Virus record (IMG/VR): IMGVR_UViG_3300037423_000095
Location: 1 to 49,369 of that record
Direction: 5' to 3' (one strand)
From: a virus
Lineage: Duplodnaviria; Caudoviricetes
Length of the DNA: 49,369 nucleotides
Positions 17,256 through 27,737 of this stretch are shown here, piece after piece (within the stretch, counting starts at the first letter, position 1; each line of letters opens with the position of its first letter). Under the pieces are notes generated by a model. That model was not told where the DNA came from. It did no database searches and saw only the letters and a program-made list of their open reading frames with translations. The position numbers and the translations under genes were made by a program.

Positions 17256-18743
17256 ATGACAATTACGACTACGCAGTTCAAAGCATGGCTGAAGAACCCT
17301 TCGGCTGTGCGAGTGGTACTGGTGGAAGTAGATGTTAAGCTTGCAGCGGGTGGCAGTATTGTCACCCGCTATTTGTCTAATAGGGGGTACGTAACCTCTC
17401 CTACCGATACGCCAGCCAATACAGTCTACAAGCCAGTGTTGAATGGAGGAGTGAAGTTTTCCCAGGCCATCAGTTTGGATGGGAATGCAACGCTATCCTT
17501 CGGTGATCTAGAGCTATCCAATCTCACAGGAGAGCTAGATACATGGATTGACGACTACTGGGTGAATCGTTCAATTCGGATTTACATTGGGGATCAATCA
17601 TGGCCCCGTGCTGATTTCCAGCTTATCTTTGCTGGAGTCGTTATGAACGTAGACTCAAAGAAGAGAGACACGTTCAACATCCAACTCAGCGACGTGCTTC
17701 AACGCCTGAATTTCACGGTGACTGAGAGCAAGCTGGGTGGCACAACCACCAACGCAGACCAGACAATTCCGCTGTGCTTTGGAGAGTGCCACAACGTGGA
17801 GCCTCTGCTGGTGGACCCTGCACTCCACGAGTACCAAGTCCACGGTGCTGGAGACATCGAGAGAATCATTGAAGTCCGTGACAACGGTGTTCCCGTGGCT
17901 TTCACGCCCTTCCTAGCTACAGGCAAGTTCCGCCTAGTCAATCACCCAGTTGGACAGATTACAGCAAGTGTCCAGGGAGACAAGTCAGCAGGGGTGTACA
18001 GCAACAACATTGCGGAAATCTTCAAGAGACTTGTGAAGAACTTTGGAAGTGCTACCAATCGTCTAACTGATGCTGACTTGGACCTAGCCAGCTTGAGCGC
18101 TTTCACAAGCGCACATACGCAGCCTGTAGGTGTTTACATCAAGGACAGAGAGAACCTGCTAGACATTTGTAATCAGCTAGCACGCAGTGTTGGGGCTCGC
18201 GTTGTGGCGTCCCCTACAGGATTGGTTAGTCTAGTTCAGATCAGTTTGCCGCAGAGCAGCAGTGGTACGTCCGTGACATCTGCCAACATGGTGGATCGTT
18301 CTTTGGAAATCAGCGGCCTACCAAAAGTGGTTGCCTCTTTGAAGCTGGGGTATGCTAAGAATTGGACAGTGCAAGAGAATCTTGCAACAGGTATCTTGGA
18401 AGAGCACAGAAAGCTATTCGCACAAGAGTGGTTGACTGTCACTAGAACAGACTCAACAACAGCCAGCAACTACAACCTGTTTGTTGACCCTGACATGGAT
18501 GAATCTTTCCTGTTGGTAGGTGCCGACGCGAGCGATGAGGCTTTGCGTAGGCTGAACATCTTCAATGTCCAGCGCAAAATGTTCCGCTTTAAGGGTTACG
18601 CAGAACTGTTGACAGAGGAACTAGGCGACCCGATCACATTGACGCACTCGCGTTTTGGATTGAGCAGTGGTGTGACAGGACAGATTCTTGCGATCACTAA
18701 AGATTGGATTACCCAGCGTGTGGATTTGGAGGTGCTTGTTTAG
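17256..18743 (+). CDS. Tail tip/hub protein
   Basis: Follows TMP; PLCFGECHNVEP and ELGDPITLTHSRFGL motifs. Confidence 0.7.
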   Translation: MTITTTQFKAWLKNPSAVRVVLVEVDVKLAAGGSIVTRYLSNRGYVTSPTDTPANTVYKPVLNGGVKFSQAISLDGNATLSFGDLELSNLTGELDTWIDDYWVNRSIRIYIGDQSWPRADFQLIFAGVVMNVDSKKRDTFNIQLSDVLQRLNFTVTESKLGGTTTNADQTIPLCFGECHNVEPLLVDPALHEYQVHGAGDIERIIEVRDNGVPVAFTPFLATGKFRLVNHPVGQITASVQGDKSAGVYSNNIAEIFKRLVKNFGSATNRLTDADLDLASLSAFTSAHTQPVGVYIKDRENLLDICNQLARSVGARVVASPTGLVSLVQISLPQSSSGTSVTSANMVDRSLEISGLPKVVASLKLGYAKNWTVQENLATGILEEHRKLFAQEWLTVTRTDSTTASNYNLFVDPDMDESFLLVGADASDEALRRLNIFNVQRKMFRFKGYAELLTEELGDPITLTHSRFGLSSGVTGQILAITKDWITQRVDLEVLV

Positions 18744-18769
18744 TGCCTCTGTTTTGATGAGAGGTATTA

Positions 18770-21319
18770 ATGGCAACCATTGTTAATGCAAGAGACGTAC
18801 TGCTGCAAGCGGCTAACCCGCGTGTAGCTGGAGTTACCCAGACCAACCTAACGGTGGACCAATCCCAAGTTACTGGGCTCGGACTGGTAATGTCTGGGGT
18901 TAAAAGAATCACAGGAACAGCCTCTGGGCAAGTGTTCCTTGTTCCTTCTGTGGGTAGCGTCACGCCTTCGTCAATCACGATTGTCGTGAGCATCAACGGC
19001 TTCGCCGCTGTTCCTACGATGTCTGTGCTGTCGGGAACGATCAGCCCGGTCCCTACTGCTGTAGAAGGAGTGTTTACGCTCCCAGCCACAAGCATGTCTT
19101 CTGCTTCGGCTGTCATCCGTATCTCTGCTACGGATACGTCCGTCACGCCAAACGTGACGTACACAGACGACTTCACGTTGCTACGACAAGTTGAAGGAGA
19201 CTCCACTGTACGAGGCTTCCTAACGCAGGAAGATATCATCCTGCCGGCAGACTTCCTTGGCAATGTGGTGAGCTACTTCGGGGCTAGCGGTAACTTCAAG
19301 GTGTACCAGGGCACGAACGATATCACGAGCCTCTGCACTTTCTCTCTGCTATCGAACCCCTCTGGATTTACGCAGACAATCAATGCGACGACAGGCGCCT
19401 ACGCCATCACTGGTGGTATGCCTACAGGCACAGATAGCACATCCATTACCTATCGTGCTACGTTCGGTGCTACGACAGTTGACAAGATTTTCTCAATCCG
19501 AAAGTCTAAGGCTGTTCAGATTACTCAAGGTTCAGACGGGGCTCCGGGAACAAACGGTGTACGTGGTTCTCGTACCTTCTACGTGACGTTGAGTGGTAGT
19601 ACAAACACATATAGCGACTCTCTGGCTACGACAACCGCCAGTGTAGACGGAGGGCCTGTCAAGAACGACGTGGTTACTCAGTCGAACAGTTCCCAAGGCT
19701 TCTCTCAAAGCAAGTTTTGGGATGGCTCTGTTTGGAACATCATCAACGCAGTGGTTGATGGCAACCTGATTGTCACTGGCACAATCGGAGCAGGCAAGCT
19801 CTCTGCCAACTCTGTAGACACAACCAACCTCATTGCCCAGGCAATCACGGTTGATAAGCTGCGTGTGACGGGAGGGCCTGGAGGTGCCATCAACCCAGAC
19901 CCCAACACACAAGACATCACGGAGTGGATTGGTGGTACATTCACTCTGATTCCAGATAGCACAGCCCCCAACGGGAGAGCTATCGAGATTACGTCACAAG
20001 GCCAGACGACAAGATCAGTACGTCTGAACCCTATCGATATCAACAAGAATTACCTTGTGCGTATCAACGCAAAGCGCACAGTTGGAACAGCTAGTTGTTA
20101 TTTGGGTATTGACTTCCTCGATGTAAACGGCGCTAGTATCGCCTGCAGCGGTAATGCTGTAGCTGGCACTTGGGCTGGGGGTGGTGGTACTTACTGGTAC
20201 TTCGGTTTGGTCAGCCAAACACCTTCTACAAATTACGTCGAATACTCGACTAGTTTTGGCCCTAATGAAGTGGCTCAGATTCCTGCCGGCGCACGCTTTG
20301 CTCGAATTGTTGTATTGGGTAACTACGTCGGCGTCGGCACACAACGCTTCTCTAACCTGAGACTGATGGAGAAGACAACTGCCGCATTGGTGGTTGATGG
20401 AAGTCTGACGGCGCAGAAGATTGACACTCGCAACCTAACTGTAAAAGACGGATCGGGGAATGTAATCTTTGGAGTGGGTTCCACAGTAGATGCTGCCAGC
20501 TATATGGCTGCCGCGTTCGGCACCAACTATGTCTACAACCCAGACTTTGCTAACAAGCAAGATGGGTGGACATACAGCGCAGGGGCTATCTCACAAGATT
20601 CTTCTGGGTTTGACTTGACGAATTGGTTCCCGACTGGAGGGCACGCACTTTGGACTCACCAAGCGGGCACGATTGGCAACTCTAACGCTTACTACGAGTG
20701 GTACTCAAACAAGATTCCGGTTGAGGTGGGACAACGCTATATTGTCAGTGCCTACACTGGAGCCCACCGCTGCCGCGTTGGCGTATTCTTTTACGTGTAC
20801 GATAGTTCTGACGTAGCTATCTCTAACAGCTATGCTAATGGTGATCCAGACAACAACGAAGCAGCATCTGGTGGCACTCAACTAGGAGGCTGGAAGCGTT
20901 GCTACAGCTATCTAACTATTCCTGCTGGGGCTGTATATGTTCGCGTCATGCTTCGAAAGTACGACACTGCAGCAGGACAGACGGACAGCTATTTGTTTGC
21001 AACCAATGTGCAGTTGGAACGTTCTACGCCTACAGCTACAAAGCCGGGGCCTTATGCCTCTACTGGTTACCTAGACGCTTCATCTGTTCGCTCGTTGAAT
21101 CCTATCACCAGCAGCAACGTTACGACGTACGTTGGAAGTGCTGCGATTGGTACAGCCCAAGTTGGAGTTCTGACTGCAGCCAACCTCACTGTGACAGCTT
21201 TGTCTAACACAGTGAATGGCTCAACAGGTAGTGGTCAACGGGTGGAGATTCAGTCCAACAAAGTGCTTGTGTACGACAACAGTAATGTGCTGCGTGTGAA
21301 GCTGGGGGACTTGAGTTAA
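18770..21319 (+). CDS. Tail fibre/host-specificity protein with carbohydrate-binding-like domains
   Basis: DGNLIVTGTI.A.KL and DGSLTAQKI repeats; gpJ-like C-terminus VYDNSNVLRVKLGDLS. Confidence 0.7.
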   Translation: MATIVNARDVLLQAANPRVAGVTQTNLTVDQSQVTGLGLVMSGVKRITGTASGQVFLVPSVGSVTPSSITIVVSINGFAAVPTMSVLSGTISPVPTAVEGVFTLPATSMSSASAVIRISATDTSVTPNVTYTDDFTLLRQVEGDSTVRGFLTQEDIILPADFLGNVVSYFGASGNFKVYQGTNDITSLCTFSLLSNPSGFTQTINATTGAYAITGGMPTGTDSTSITYRATFGATTVDKIFSIRKSKAVQITQGSDGAPGTNGVRGSRTFYVTLSGSTNTYSDSLATTTASVDGGPVKNDVVTQSNSSQGFSQSKFWDGSVWNIINAVVDGNLIVTGTIGAGKLSANSVDTTNLIAQAITVDKLRVTGGPGGAINPDPNTQDITEWIGGTFTLIPDSTAPNGRAIEITSQGQTTRSVRLNPIDINKNYLVRINAKRTVGTASCYLGIDFLDVNGASIACSGNAVAGTWAGGGGTYWYFGLVSQTPSTNYVEYSTSFGPNEVAQIPAGARFARIVVLGNYVGVGTQRFSNLRLMEKTTAALVVDGSLTAQKIDTRNLTVKDGSGNVIFGVGSTVDAASYMAAAFGTNYVYNPDFANKQDGWTYSAGAISQDSSGFDLTNWFPTGGHALWTHQAGTIGNSNAYYEWYSNKIPVEVGQRYIVSAYTGAHRCRVGVFFYVYDSSDVAISNSYANGDPDNNEAASGGTQLGGWKRCYSYLTIPAGAVYVRVMLRKYDTAAGQTDSYLFATNVQLERSTPTATKPGPYASTGYLDASSVRSLNPITSSNVTTYVGSAAIGTAQVGVLTAANLTVTALSNTVNGSTGSGQRVEIQSNKVLVYDNSNVLRVKLGDLS

Positions 21320-21597
21320 TGGCTTACGGTCTTCAAGTATGGAACTCGGCCGGCACTCTGACGTTTGACAGCACAGTGGCGATTGGTGGGGTGTGCTTGG
21401 GCTTCTACACAGTGCCTTCTGGTGGTGGGAACACTACGTTCCCCGAGATTACAGGGGCTACAGGGATTGTCCTTCAGGCTAATAGTGGAGGCCCAATCAA
21501 CACAACTCTAGTCACAACAGACAACACATTGGGCTACCTCAGATTCACATTCGACGCGACATTGGTAGGGCAAACTTACACACTCTTCGCTAAATGA
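21319..21597 (+). CDS. Small tail tip protein
   Basis: MAYGLQVWNSAG..TFDS start typical of genes after gpJ-like fibres. Confidence 0.6.
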   Translation: MAYGLQVWNSAGTLTFDSTVAIGGVCLGFYTVPSGGGNTTFPEITGATGIVLQANSGGPINTTLVTTDNTLGYLRFTFDATLVGQTYTLFAK

Positions 21598-22331
21598 CAT
21601 ACGGACTAAAAATTACAAACCCATCAGGAGAGCTTGTACTGTCATCAGAGGGTAAGGGACTTTACTGCATCGGGAAGGGCACGCTGCAAGGAAGCGTTGT
21701 GCAACCTAGCGGCAATGCCACAGGAGCAAACCCCGGACGCACTGCCGGCTACAGCATTTATCGCTTCACAGGCCATCCAGGGCCTTTTGTATTTGCACTA
21801 GACCTACCCCTAAATAAGTCGGTTGGTCTAAGAGGACTGTCCAACCCAAGTTCCAATACCTGGGACGTACAGGTTTATTGTGGAGATACCCCGGACGCTT
21901 ACGGGTTCGAAACGCAATACCAGCTTGATGTGTGGGCTTTCGCATTGCCTCAGTCCTCGCCTTCTGGCTACGGCATGGCAGTCTATGACAGCAGCGGAAG
22001 TCTTGCCTGGGATTTGACTCAAACTAATCCTCTGTTTGCCAAAGCCTATGTAGGAGGAGCCCCGGGTACTTACACGATTCCATCCTTGACTCGGCCTGTA
22101 ATGGTAGGGGGTCACTTCAACAACGAGCAATTCGATGCCAATCAAGGCGGAAACACTTGGTGGTTGCAGAAGTATACGGGGACTGTGATTCGTACCTCTA
22201 GTACGTCTATGGGAACCGGGAAGCGGATCAAACAACAATGGCAATACTTCAACACTGAGGCGCAGTTCGGCAACGACGGAGACGACTACGACCTTTCAGC
22301 CTTCATTGTAGAGGGCTCTGTACTACCTTAA
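21594..22331 (+). CDS. Tail tip/receptor-binding accessory protein
   Basis: Duplicated YG(L/M).(I/V)...G...(L/W) motif at N-terminus and mid-protein. Confidence 0.6.
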   Translation: MTYGLKITNPSGELVLSSEGKGLYCIGKGTLQGSVVQPSGNATGANPGRTAGYSIYRFTGHPGPFVFALDLPLNKSVGLRGLSNPSSNTWDVQVYCGDTPDAYGFETQYQLDVWAFALPQSSPSGYGMAVYDSSGSLAWDLTQTNPLFAKAYVGGAPGTYTIPSLTRPVMVGGHFNNEQFDANQGGNTWWLQKYTGTVIRTSSTSMGTGKRIKQQWQYFNTEAQFGNDGDDYDLSAFIVEGSVLP

Positions 22332-22979
22332 ATGGAGGCTACTTCAATGCCCTTTCTGAAAGATTTCAGCGCACCCAATGGCGCCTCTCTGGGCTTTCAC
22401 AAGATTACAAAGATCGAGTCCCAGAACAATACTGGAGGGCTGACCTTGGTGGCATATGTGTCTAGCTGGCCCACAGCAGACGATTATGCACAAGGAAAGA
22501 ATCCTCTTTGGACAAGCTACGTTCCGCTCTCGTTTGCAGACGACGTGCTACAACAGGCTCAAGAGGCCGTTCTAATTTCTGGAGATTTTGCTGGAGGGGC
22601 TTCAGTTCCTGATTCGGCAGACACCCTAGATGCAATGAAGCTGCGCAAGAAGGCTGAAATCAATGCAGCCCGTCTGAAGGCCAATCGCTCAACGTTCACG
22701 TACAACGGCAAAGCCATCGCTTGTGACGAACTAAGCCGTTCTGACATTGATGGTGTGCAAGCTAAGGTGGCTCGCACAGGAGCCCTCCCTGTTGGCTTCC
22801 CTGGAGCCTGGAAGGCTGTGGACAACACCTACGTGCCGATTACTACAGCATCGACGTGGGACGCCTTCTTTGACGCCATGGTGCAACAAGGCACAGCCAA
22901 CTTCATGCACAGCGAGCAGTTGAAAAGTCAGCTTGCAGCAGCGTCAACCCCTGAAGAAGTAGAAGCAATCGTTTGGTAA
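22332..22979 (+). CDS. Tail fibre assembly protein (DUF4376-like)
   Basis: WKAVDNTYVP and LK.QL.AA.T.EEVEAIVW C-terminus; true start may be ATG 22347. Confidence 0.7.
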   Translation: MEATSMPFLKDFSAPNGASLGFHKITKIESQNNTGGLTLVAYVSSWPTADDYAQGKNPLWTSYVPLSFADDVLQQAQEAVLISGDFAGGASVPDSADTLDAMKLRKKAEINAARLKANRSTFTYNGKAIACDELSRSDIDGVQAKVARTGALPVGFPGAWKAVDNTYVPITTASTWDAFFDAMVQQGTANFMHSEQLKSQLAAASTPEEVEAIVW

Positions 22980-22987
22980 GGAAAATC

Positions 22988-23428
22988 ATGCTCACCCTGT
23001 ATCTGACAGCAAACAAGACCATTGGAAGCGCGTTGATTCGTGCTTTCACTTGGTCAAAGTGGAGTCACGTCGTAATTGAGGACGGGGACCACATCATTGA
23101 AGCCAATTGGCTGAAGGGAGTACAAAGAATCCCTCGTCACGAGGCATTGAAGAAGGTGAGCAGGATGGCCCGAATTGATGTGGGCTGCAACAACCCCGAA
23201 GCTATCCTAGCCCGCATTCGTTCTCAAATCGGTAAAAGCTACGATTTCATGTCGCTTCTCGGTTTCCTGTTCCATAAAGATTGGCAACGAACAGATAAGT
23301 GGAACTGCTCAGAACTGCCCGCTTGGGCTATGGCTATTGAAGGCGAGCCCGTATTTCGCCTGGAAGACGCTTCCCGCATTGCCCCAGGCCACTGGTGGTT
23401 GATTGCACCCGAGCGACTTGCTTTTTGA
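22988..23428 (+). CDS. Permuted papain-like (YiiX/YaeF, C92-like) protein
   Basis: WSHV, IEA, QIGKSYD and W.CSEL motifs; ATG 22988 after AAGGA (track 22973). Confidence 0.75.
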   Translation: MLTLYLTANKTIGSALIRAFTWSKWSHVVIEDGDHIIEANWLKGVQRIPRHEALKKVSRMARIDVGCNNPEAILARIRSQIGKSYDFMSLLGFLFHKDWQRTDKWNCSELPAWAMAIEGEPVFRLEDASRIAPGHWWLIAPERLAF

Positions 23429-23443
23429 AGCAAATGAGGTATA

Positions 23444-24277
23444 ATGGCAAATCTACGAATTGTAAGTGACAATGCTGCCGACCGTGCTTCAATCACGGCA
23501 TCTTCGACAGCGGGAGCCTTGGTGGCTTCCAATCTCCTGACAGACATCAAAACGGAAGTCTGGAGAAGCACAGGAACTACAGCAGACCTAACCCTGACGT
23601 GGACAAGTCCAGAATTCGTCAGCATGGTTTCGGTGTGCTTTACAAACACAACTTCCATTGGAACTATCCGAGTCCGGGGTTATACAAACCCAGGCGACTC
23701 CACAGCCCTGTTTGACACAGGTGCTCAGTTCGCAACTCCTTCTACGCTAGATAGCAACTTCGACTGGGGTGGCACATCCCTAGGCTCGAATGGCTACTCC
23801 TACGGGGGCGCAGGCTCCTACGCAACCATTTGGTTTGCTACCGCTAGCGTTCAGAAGCTAGTTATCACTCTGGCTGACCCAACAAATACAGCAGGCTTCT
23901 TGCAGGCCTCTCGCATTGTTTCAGGTTACTACTGGTCGCCTGAGAACAATTGCGACTACGGGCCTGAAATTACCTACGGGGATATGAGTAGGCATGAGCG
24001 ATCAGACGCTGGTGATCTACGCACAGACCGAGGGCCGAGATACAAAGTCCTGACTGTTGACGTAAACATGATGCCCAAGGCAGACCGCAACAAAATGTGG
24101 CGTCTGTTTGGAGCCAATGGAATGTCCTTCCCTCTGTTCTTCAGTTTGGTGCCAGAAGACACCGACACAATGGAAGAGCAAATCTATCAGCTATACGGAA
24201 AGATTTCTAAGCTAAACGCTTTGAAGTACCAGTTTATTAACCAGTTTAACACTAAGCTGGAGATTGAGGAAATTTAA
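23444..24277 (+). CDS. Distal-tail-like structural protein
   Basis: ASNLLTD...VWRS start and ..LEIEEI end; GAGG RBS. Confidence 0.6.
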   Translation: MANLRIVSDNAADRASITASSTAGALVASNLLTDIKTEVWRSTGTTADLTLTWTSPEFVSMVSVCFTNTTSIGTIRVRGYTNPGDSTALFDTGAQFATPSTLDSNFDWGGTSLGSNGYSYGGAGSYATIWFATASVQKLVITLADPTNTAGFLQASRIVSGYYWSPENNCDYGPEITYGDMSRHERSDAGDLRTDRGPRYKVLTVDVNMMPKADRNKMWRLFGANGMSFPLFFSLVPEDTDTMEEQIYQLYGKISKLNALKYQFINQFNTKLEIEEI

Positions 24278-27200
24278 TGGCTACGTCTACACGCTTCCGT
24301 CCGGGGCAAAAGGACTATATTGAACAGTTGAATCAAATGGACGACACCCTGAACACTATCGGTTCAGGTAGTGGTGGTCCTGAATTCAACTCTACAGTGT
24401 TCCGTGTCAAGGACACTACAGACCCCACAAAGAAGGTTGCTTTCGACGCCTCTGGGATTACTACAGGGACTACACGCACATTTGTTGTGCCAAACGCTAG
24501 CTCCACGCTGGCGGCTCTTGGCGTTGTGCAAACATGGACAGCAGCCCAGACATATAACTCTGGGTCGTTCAAACTAGCCGGCGCCACCTCTGGCGCTATC
24601 ACAGTGAACGCCCCTTCTGTCGCAGGCAGTGGCACTATTACGTTCCCAGCTAGTGGAACGCTGGCTACCCTAGACAACGTAGGAACTCAGACGTTCCTGG
24701 GGGCTGTCACAGTCACTGGAGCCCTGACAGGAACCTTGACAGGGAACGTGACAGGCAATGTGACTGGCACTGTCAGCGGAAACGCTGGGACGGCTACTGC
24801 GCTACAAACGGCACGTACAATCAATGGAGTAAGCTTCGACGGCACAGCCAACATCAGCTTCTCTACTTCGGCTGTTTCTGAAGGCACAAATCTCTACTAC
24901 ACACAAGCAAGATTTGATACCGCCTTCTCAGGCAAGTCCACTACGAACCTCACCGAAGGTACGAACCTGTATTACACGCAGGCTCGTTTCGACAGCGCCT
25001 TCACTGCTAAGAGCACTACAAACCTCTCAGAAGGCACAAACCAGTATTACACGAACGCTCGCGCTCGTGCAGCTATCTCGCTGACTGCAGGGGCCACAGG
25101 AGCCACCTACAACAGCAGTACAGGTGTTCTTGACTTGTCTGGCATCCCCACTGGGGGTGACATGGTTACCACTGCGATTCAATCGATCAGTGGCGCTAAG
25201 ACATTCAATAGCGGTGCATTCAAGCTGGCTGGGGCTACATCAGGTGCCATTACAGTAAATGCGCCTGACATCGCCGGCTCTGGTACTGTAACGTTGCCTG
25301 CTTCAGGTACTCTGGCAACAACGAACGACCTTCTTGTTAACTTCAATAAGTACACTGCTCGTACTAACAATCCTCCTATTGACGACGGGGCTGTACAGCC
25401 TAGCGTACCTACGGTGGATTGGATTCAGACAATCTCTACAAACGGTTACACGTCTTTGCAAGACTGGCAAGGTAATGGTCAGGAAGTGTTCATCACAATG
25501 GATGACGGCACTGAGTTTGTTCGCCTGCCTACGGCTTCTGCGACAGACACACTTCTGCGTTCTCCTGCTGGTGGCTCCGATGGAACAACAGCGTGGACAA
25601 CGCAGTATTCGACAACGAATGCTCTCGGCTACTCGATTCTAGTTCGTGATCCTACCAACGACACGGCTCTGCACTTCGTAGCAACGGGTTCTTCGTTTAA
25701 CTGGTCACTGCGCTGCCGCGCTATCAGTTCGACAGGAACTGTGCTGGCAGATGTTACGATGCCTTACAACGGCTTCCTTGAAGGCTTGTCTACTAACCCG
25801 TACATCCGTGGAGGTGTGGAGCCTACGACTGGTAAGTTCGTTCTTGTGCAAGCTGCCCAGTATTGGGGTGGTGCGTCCATGCAACGTACACAGACGCTTC
25901 AAAACGTTATGTACATCATGCGTGGCAAGTTCACCAAGACATCTTCGTCTACAGGAACATTCGCATTTGAAGAGCGTAAGCAACTTCTAATGCCTGAGCG
26001 TACAGCTTATCACATCCCTCTGATTGGGTTGAACGGTGATCCAGACTTCATGTGTGGTCTAGCAGGACGTGACGTTCTGATTACAGAAGACACTGACTAC
26101 GCAACGGGTCTGAAAGGCAGCTTCACAGGCGGTGGCAGTGGTTGGTACAACTTCGACCAAGTAGGTTATTTCTGGTACAACTTCCGCACCCGTGACAGCG
26201 GCTTTAAGTGGATTACTCCCCGTACAGGATTCCTGACAAGCGATTGCTTGGTGCGAGCAACATGGGCCTCAAGTGCCACGTCAATTACGATTGACGAAAT
26301 TGTCTCAGGAACTATCCGTCGTGGTCAGAAAGTTGCCGCTACAGCAGACAATAGTGGTAACACACAATTCATTGGTTCATACATTGGATCATCTGCCGGC
26401 ACAGTAGGTACTGCAGTTCCAATTGTGACAACCTTTGGTGGTACTACCGCTGTAGCAGGCGCCAGCGCTTCTGGGACGAAGGTGTTGCTGAGGTTGGTGG
26501 AAGACGTTGCTAACATTCCGACACCTTGGGCTCGTTATGCCCAAGCCATTCCTTCTAACGATGGATACATTTGGTTTGTTTACGCACGTGTGCGTCATGA
26601 CGCTTCAGCAACTGTAGCATTGAATGCAAAGACAAGCTACCGCATCGTTAAGATGAGTGCATATGGCGACGTAGTGTTTGACGAAGAATTCATTAGTGAA
26701 TTCTCCACAGGCTCATCGGGCTCAATCAGTTTCGGTAACCACACACTCATTGAGAATAGCAACAACCAGAAGTACATTGTTCGCATTGCCAACGGTCCTA
26801 ACCAAACACAGTTCCACTTCTGTAAGGTTAAGGAAACTCTGACTAACGGTTCCACGACAACAGCTTCGTCTACTTCTGGTTCCCAGGACGTGACGATTCC
26901 TGCTGGAGCTACAGGTGACTGGTATCCTGGCATGTATGTGTATGGGTCTGCTTGGTCTTCTGGCTTCGCTAGAATCACCAACTGGAAGACGTACACGCCT
27001 GGAGGATCAGGAACTATCGTTGTGGACTCTAACGCTAACTCAACAGTGAGCGGCACTCTGTCTCTGACAAGCCGTGGTGTTGTAGGTGTTGAGCCTCCGA
27101 TTGCTGGTAACTCGATCAACGGTCCTAGCCCAACAGTAGGCTGGGGTACGAACACAACGTATCTGGGCATTGCTCAGACGCTGCCGGCTCGTGCTTCTGG

Positions 27201-27354
27201 CTTCCTGGCTTGGACGTGTGACGACCGCTCGGGCTCTCGTGTACGTAAGTTCCGCGTTAAGTGCGCCGTGTCTCGTAAGGTCAACGACCACCCGACCAAC
27301 ACATCAGGAACCAACGACCAAAAGATCGATATGGTTAACGTAAGGTTGCCGTAA
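24277..27354 (+). CDS. Long tail fibre/receptor-binding protein
   Basis: 1025 aa Thr/Gly/Ser-rich; TATALQTARTINGVSFDGTANI fibre motif; internal repeats. Confidence 0.8.
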   Translation: MATSTRFRPGQKDYIEQLNQMDDTLNTIGSGSGGPEFNSTVFRVKDTTDPTKKVAFDASGITTGTTRTFVVPNASSTLAALGVVQTWTAAQTYNSGSFKLAGATSGAITVNAPSVAGSGTITFPASGTLATLDNVGTQTFLGAVTVTGALTGTLTGNVTGNVTGTVSGNAGTATALQTARTINGVSFDGTANISFSTSAVSEGTNLYYTQARFDTAFSGKSTTNLTEGTNLYYTQARFDSAFTAKSTTNLSEGTNQYYTNARARAAISLTAGATGATYNSSTGVLDLSGIPTGGDMVTTAIQSISGAKTFNSGAFKLAGATSGAITVNAPDIAGSGTVTLPASGTLATTNDLLVNFNKYTARTNNPPIDDGAVQPSVPTVDWIQTISTNGYTSLQDWQGNGQEVFITMDDGTEFVRLPTASATDTLLRSPAGGSDGTTAWTTQYSTTNALGYSILVRDPTNDTALHFVATGSSFNWSLRCRAISSTGTVLADVTMPYNGFLEGLSTNPYIRGGVEPTTGKFVLVQAAQYWGGASMQRTQTLQNVMYIMRGKFTKTSSSTGTFAFEERKQLLMPERTAYHIPLIGLNGDPDFMCGLAGRDVLITEDTDYATGLKGSFTGGGSGWYNFDQVGYFWYNFRTRDSGFKWITPRTGFLTSDCLVRATWASSATSITIDEIVSGTIRRGQKVAATADNSGNTQFIGSYIGSSAGTVGTAVPIVTTFGGTTAVAGASASGTKVLLRLVEDVANIPTPWARYAQAIPSNDGYIWFVYARVRHDASATVALNAKTSYRIVKMSAYGDVVFDEEFISEFSTGSSGSISFGNHTLIENSNNQKYIVRIANGPNQTQFHFCKVKETLTNGSTTTASSTSGSQDVTIPAGATGDWYPGMYVYGSAWSSGFARITNWKTYTPGGSGTIVVDSNANSTVSGTLSLTSRGVVGVEPPIAGNSINGPSPTVGWGTNTTYLGIAQTLPARASGFLAWTCDDRSGSRVRKFRVKCAVSRKVNDHPTNTSGTNDQKIDMVNVRLP
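24880..25065 (+). repeat. 75-nt (25-aa) tandem repeat, ~2.5 copies
   Basis: EGTN(L/Q)YYT starts at 24880, 24955 and 25030. Confidence 0.85.
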
Positions 27355-27379
27355 ACACATCTGCCATAAGTAAATTGAA

Positions 27380-27397
27380 AGAGGGCTTCGGCCCTCT
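27380..27397 (+). other. cUUCGg hairpin before the lysis genes
   Basis: AGAGGGC-TTCG-GCCCTCT, no U tract. Confidence 0.6.
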
Positions 27398-27416
27398 CCC
27401 ATTTAAGAGGAAATAA

Positions 27417-27737
27417 ATGGACAAAGGGCCATTCGATTTTATCAATAGTGAGTACGCTGCATACGTCACTGTAGCTGTAGCTACTTTCTGGGGTGGGCTA
27501 GTGTCCTACTACGACAAAATGACTACGTTCTCATGGAAAAAGCTAGCCATCCACATGATGTCTAGTTCATTTGCAGGTCTGGTTGTTGCCATGCTAGCGC
27601 AAGCCGCTGGACTGTCCGTACCCCTGGTTGGTGCTTTGGCTGGTCTTGCAGCCCACATGGGCACTCCAGCAGTTGTCAACCTCCTAATGAAGAACCCTAC
27701 GGTAAGTAAGTTCTTCGGAGAAGAAGGAAAGAAGTAA
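27417..27737 (+). CDS. Holin (LydA-like)
   Basis: Three hydrophobic segments, WGGLVSY and GLAAHMGT, precedes endolysin. Confidence 0.8.
   Translation: MDKGPFDFINSEYAAYVTVAVATFWGGLVSYYDKMTTFSWKKLAIHMMSSSFAGLVVAMLAQAAGLSVPLVGALAGLAAHMGTPAVVNLLMKNPTVSKFFGEEGKK

Noticed and set aside
24880-25065. CRISPR array or DGR template/variable repeat
   Set aside because: In-frame coding repeats with synonymous differences, no spacers, no adenine-specific pattern and no reverse transcriptase in the window.
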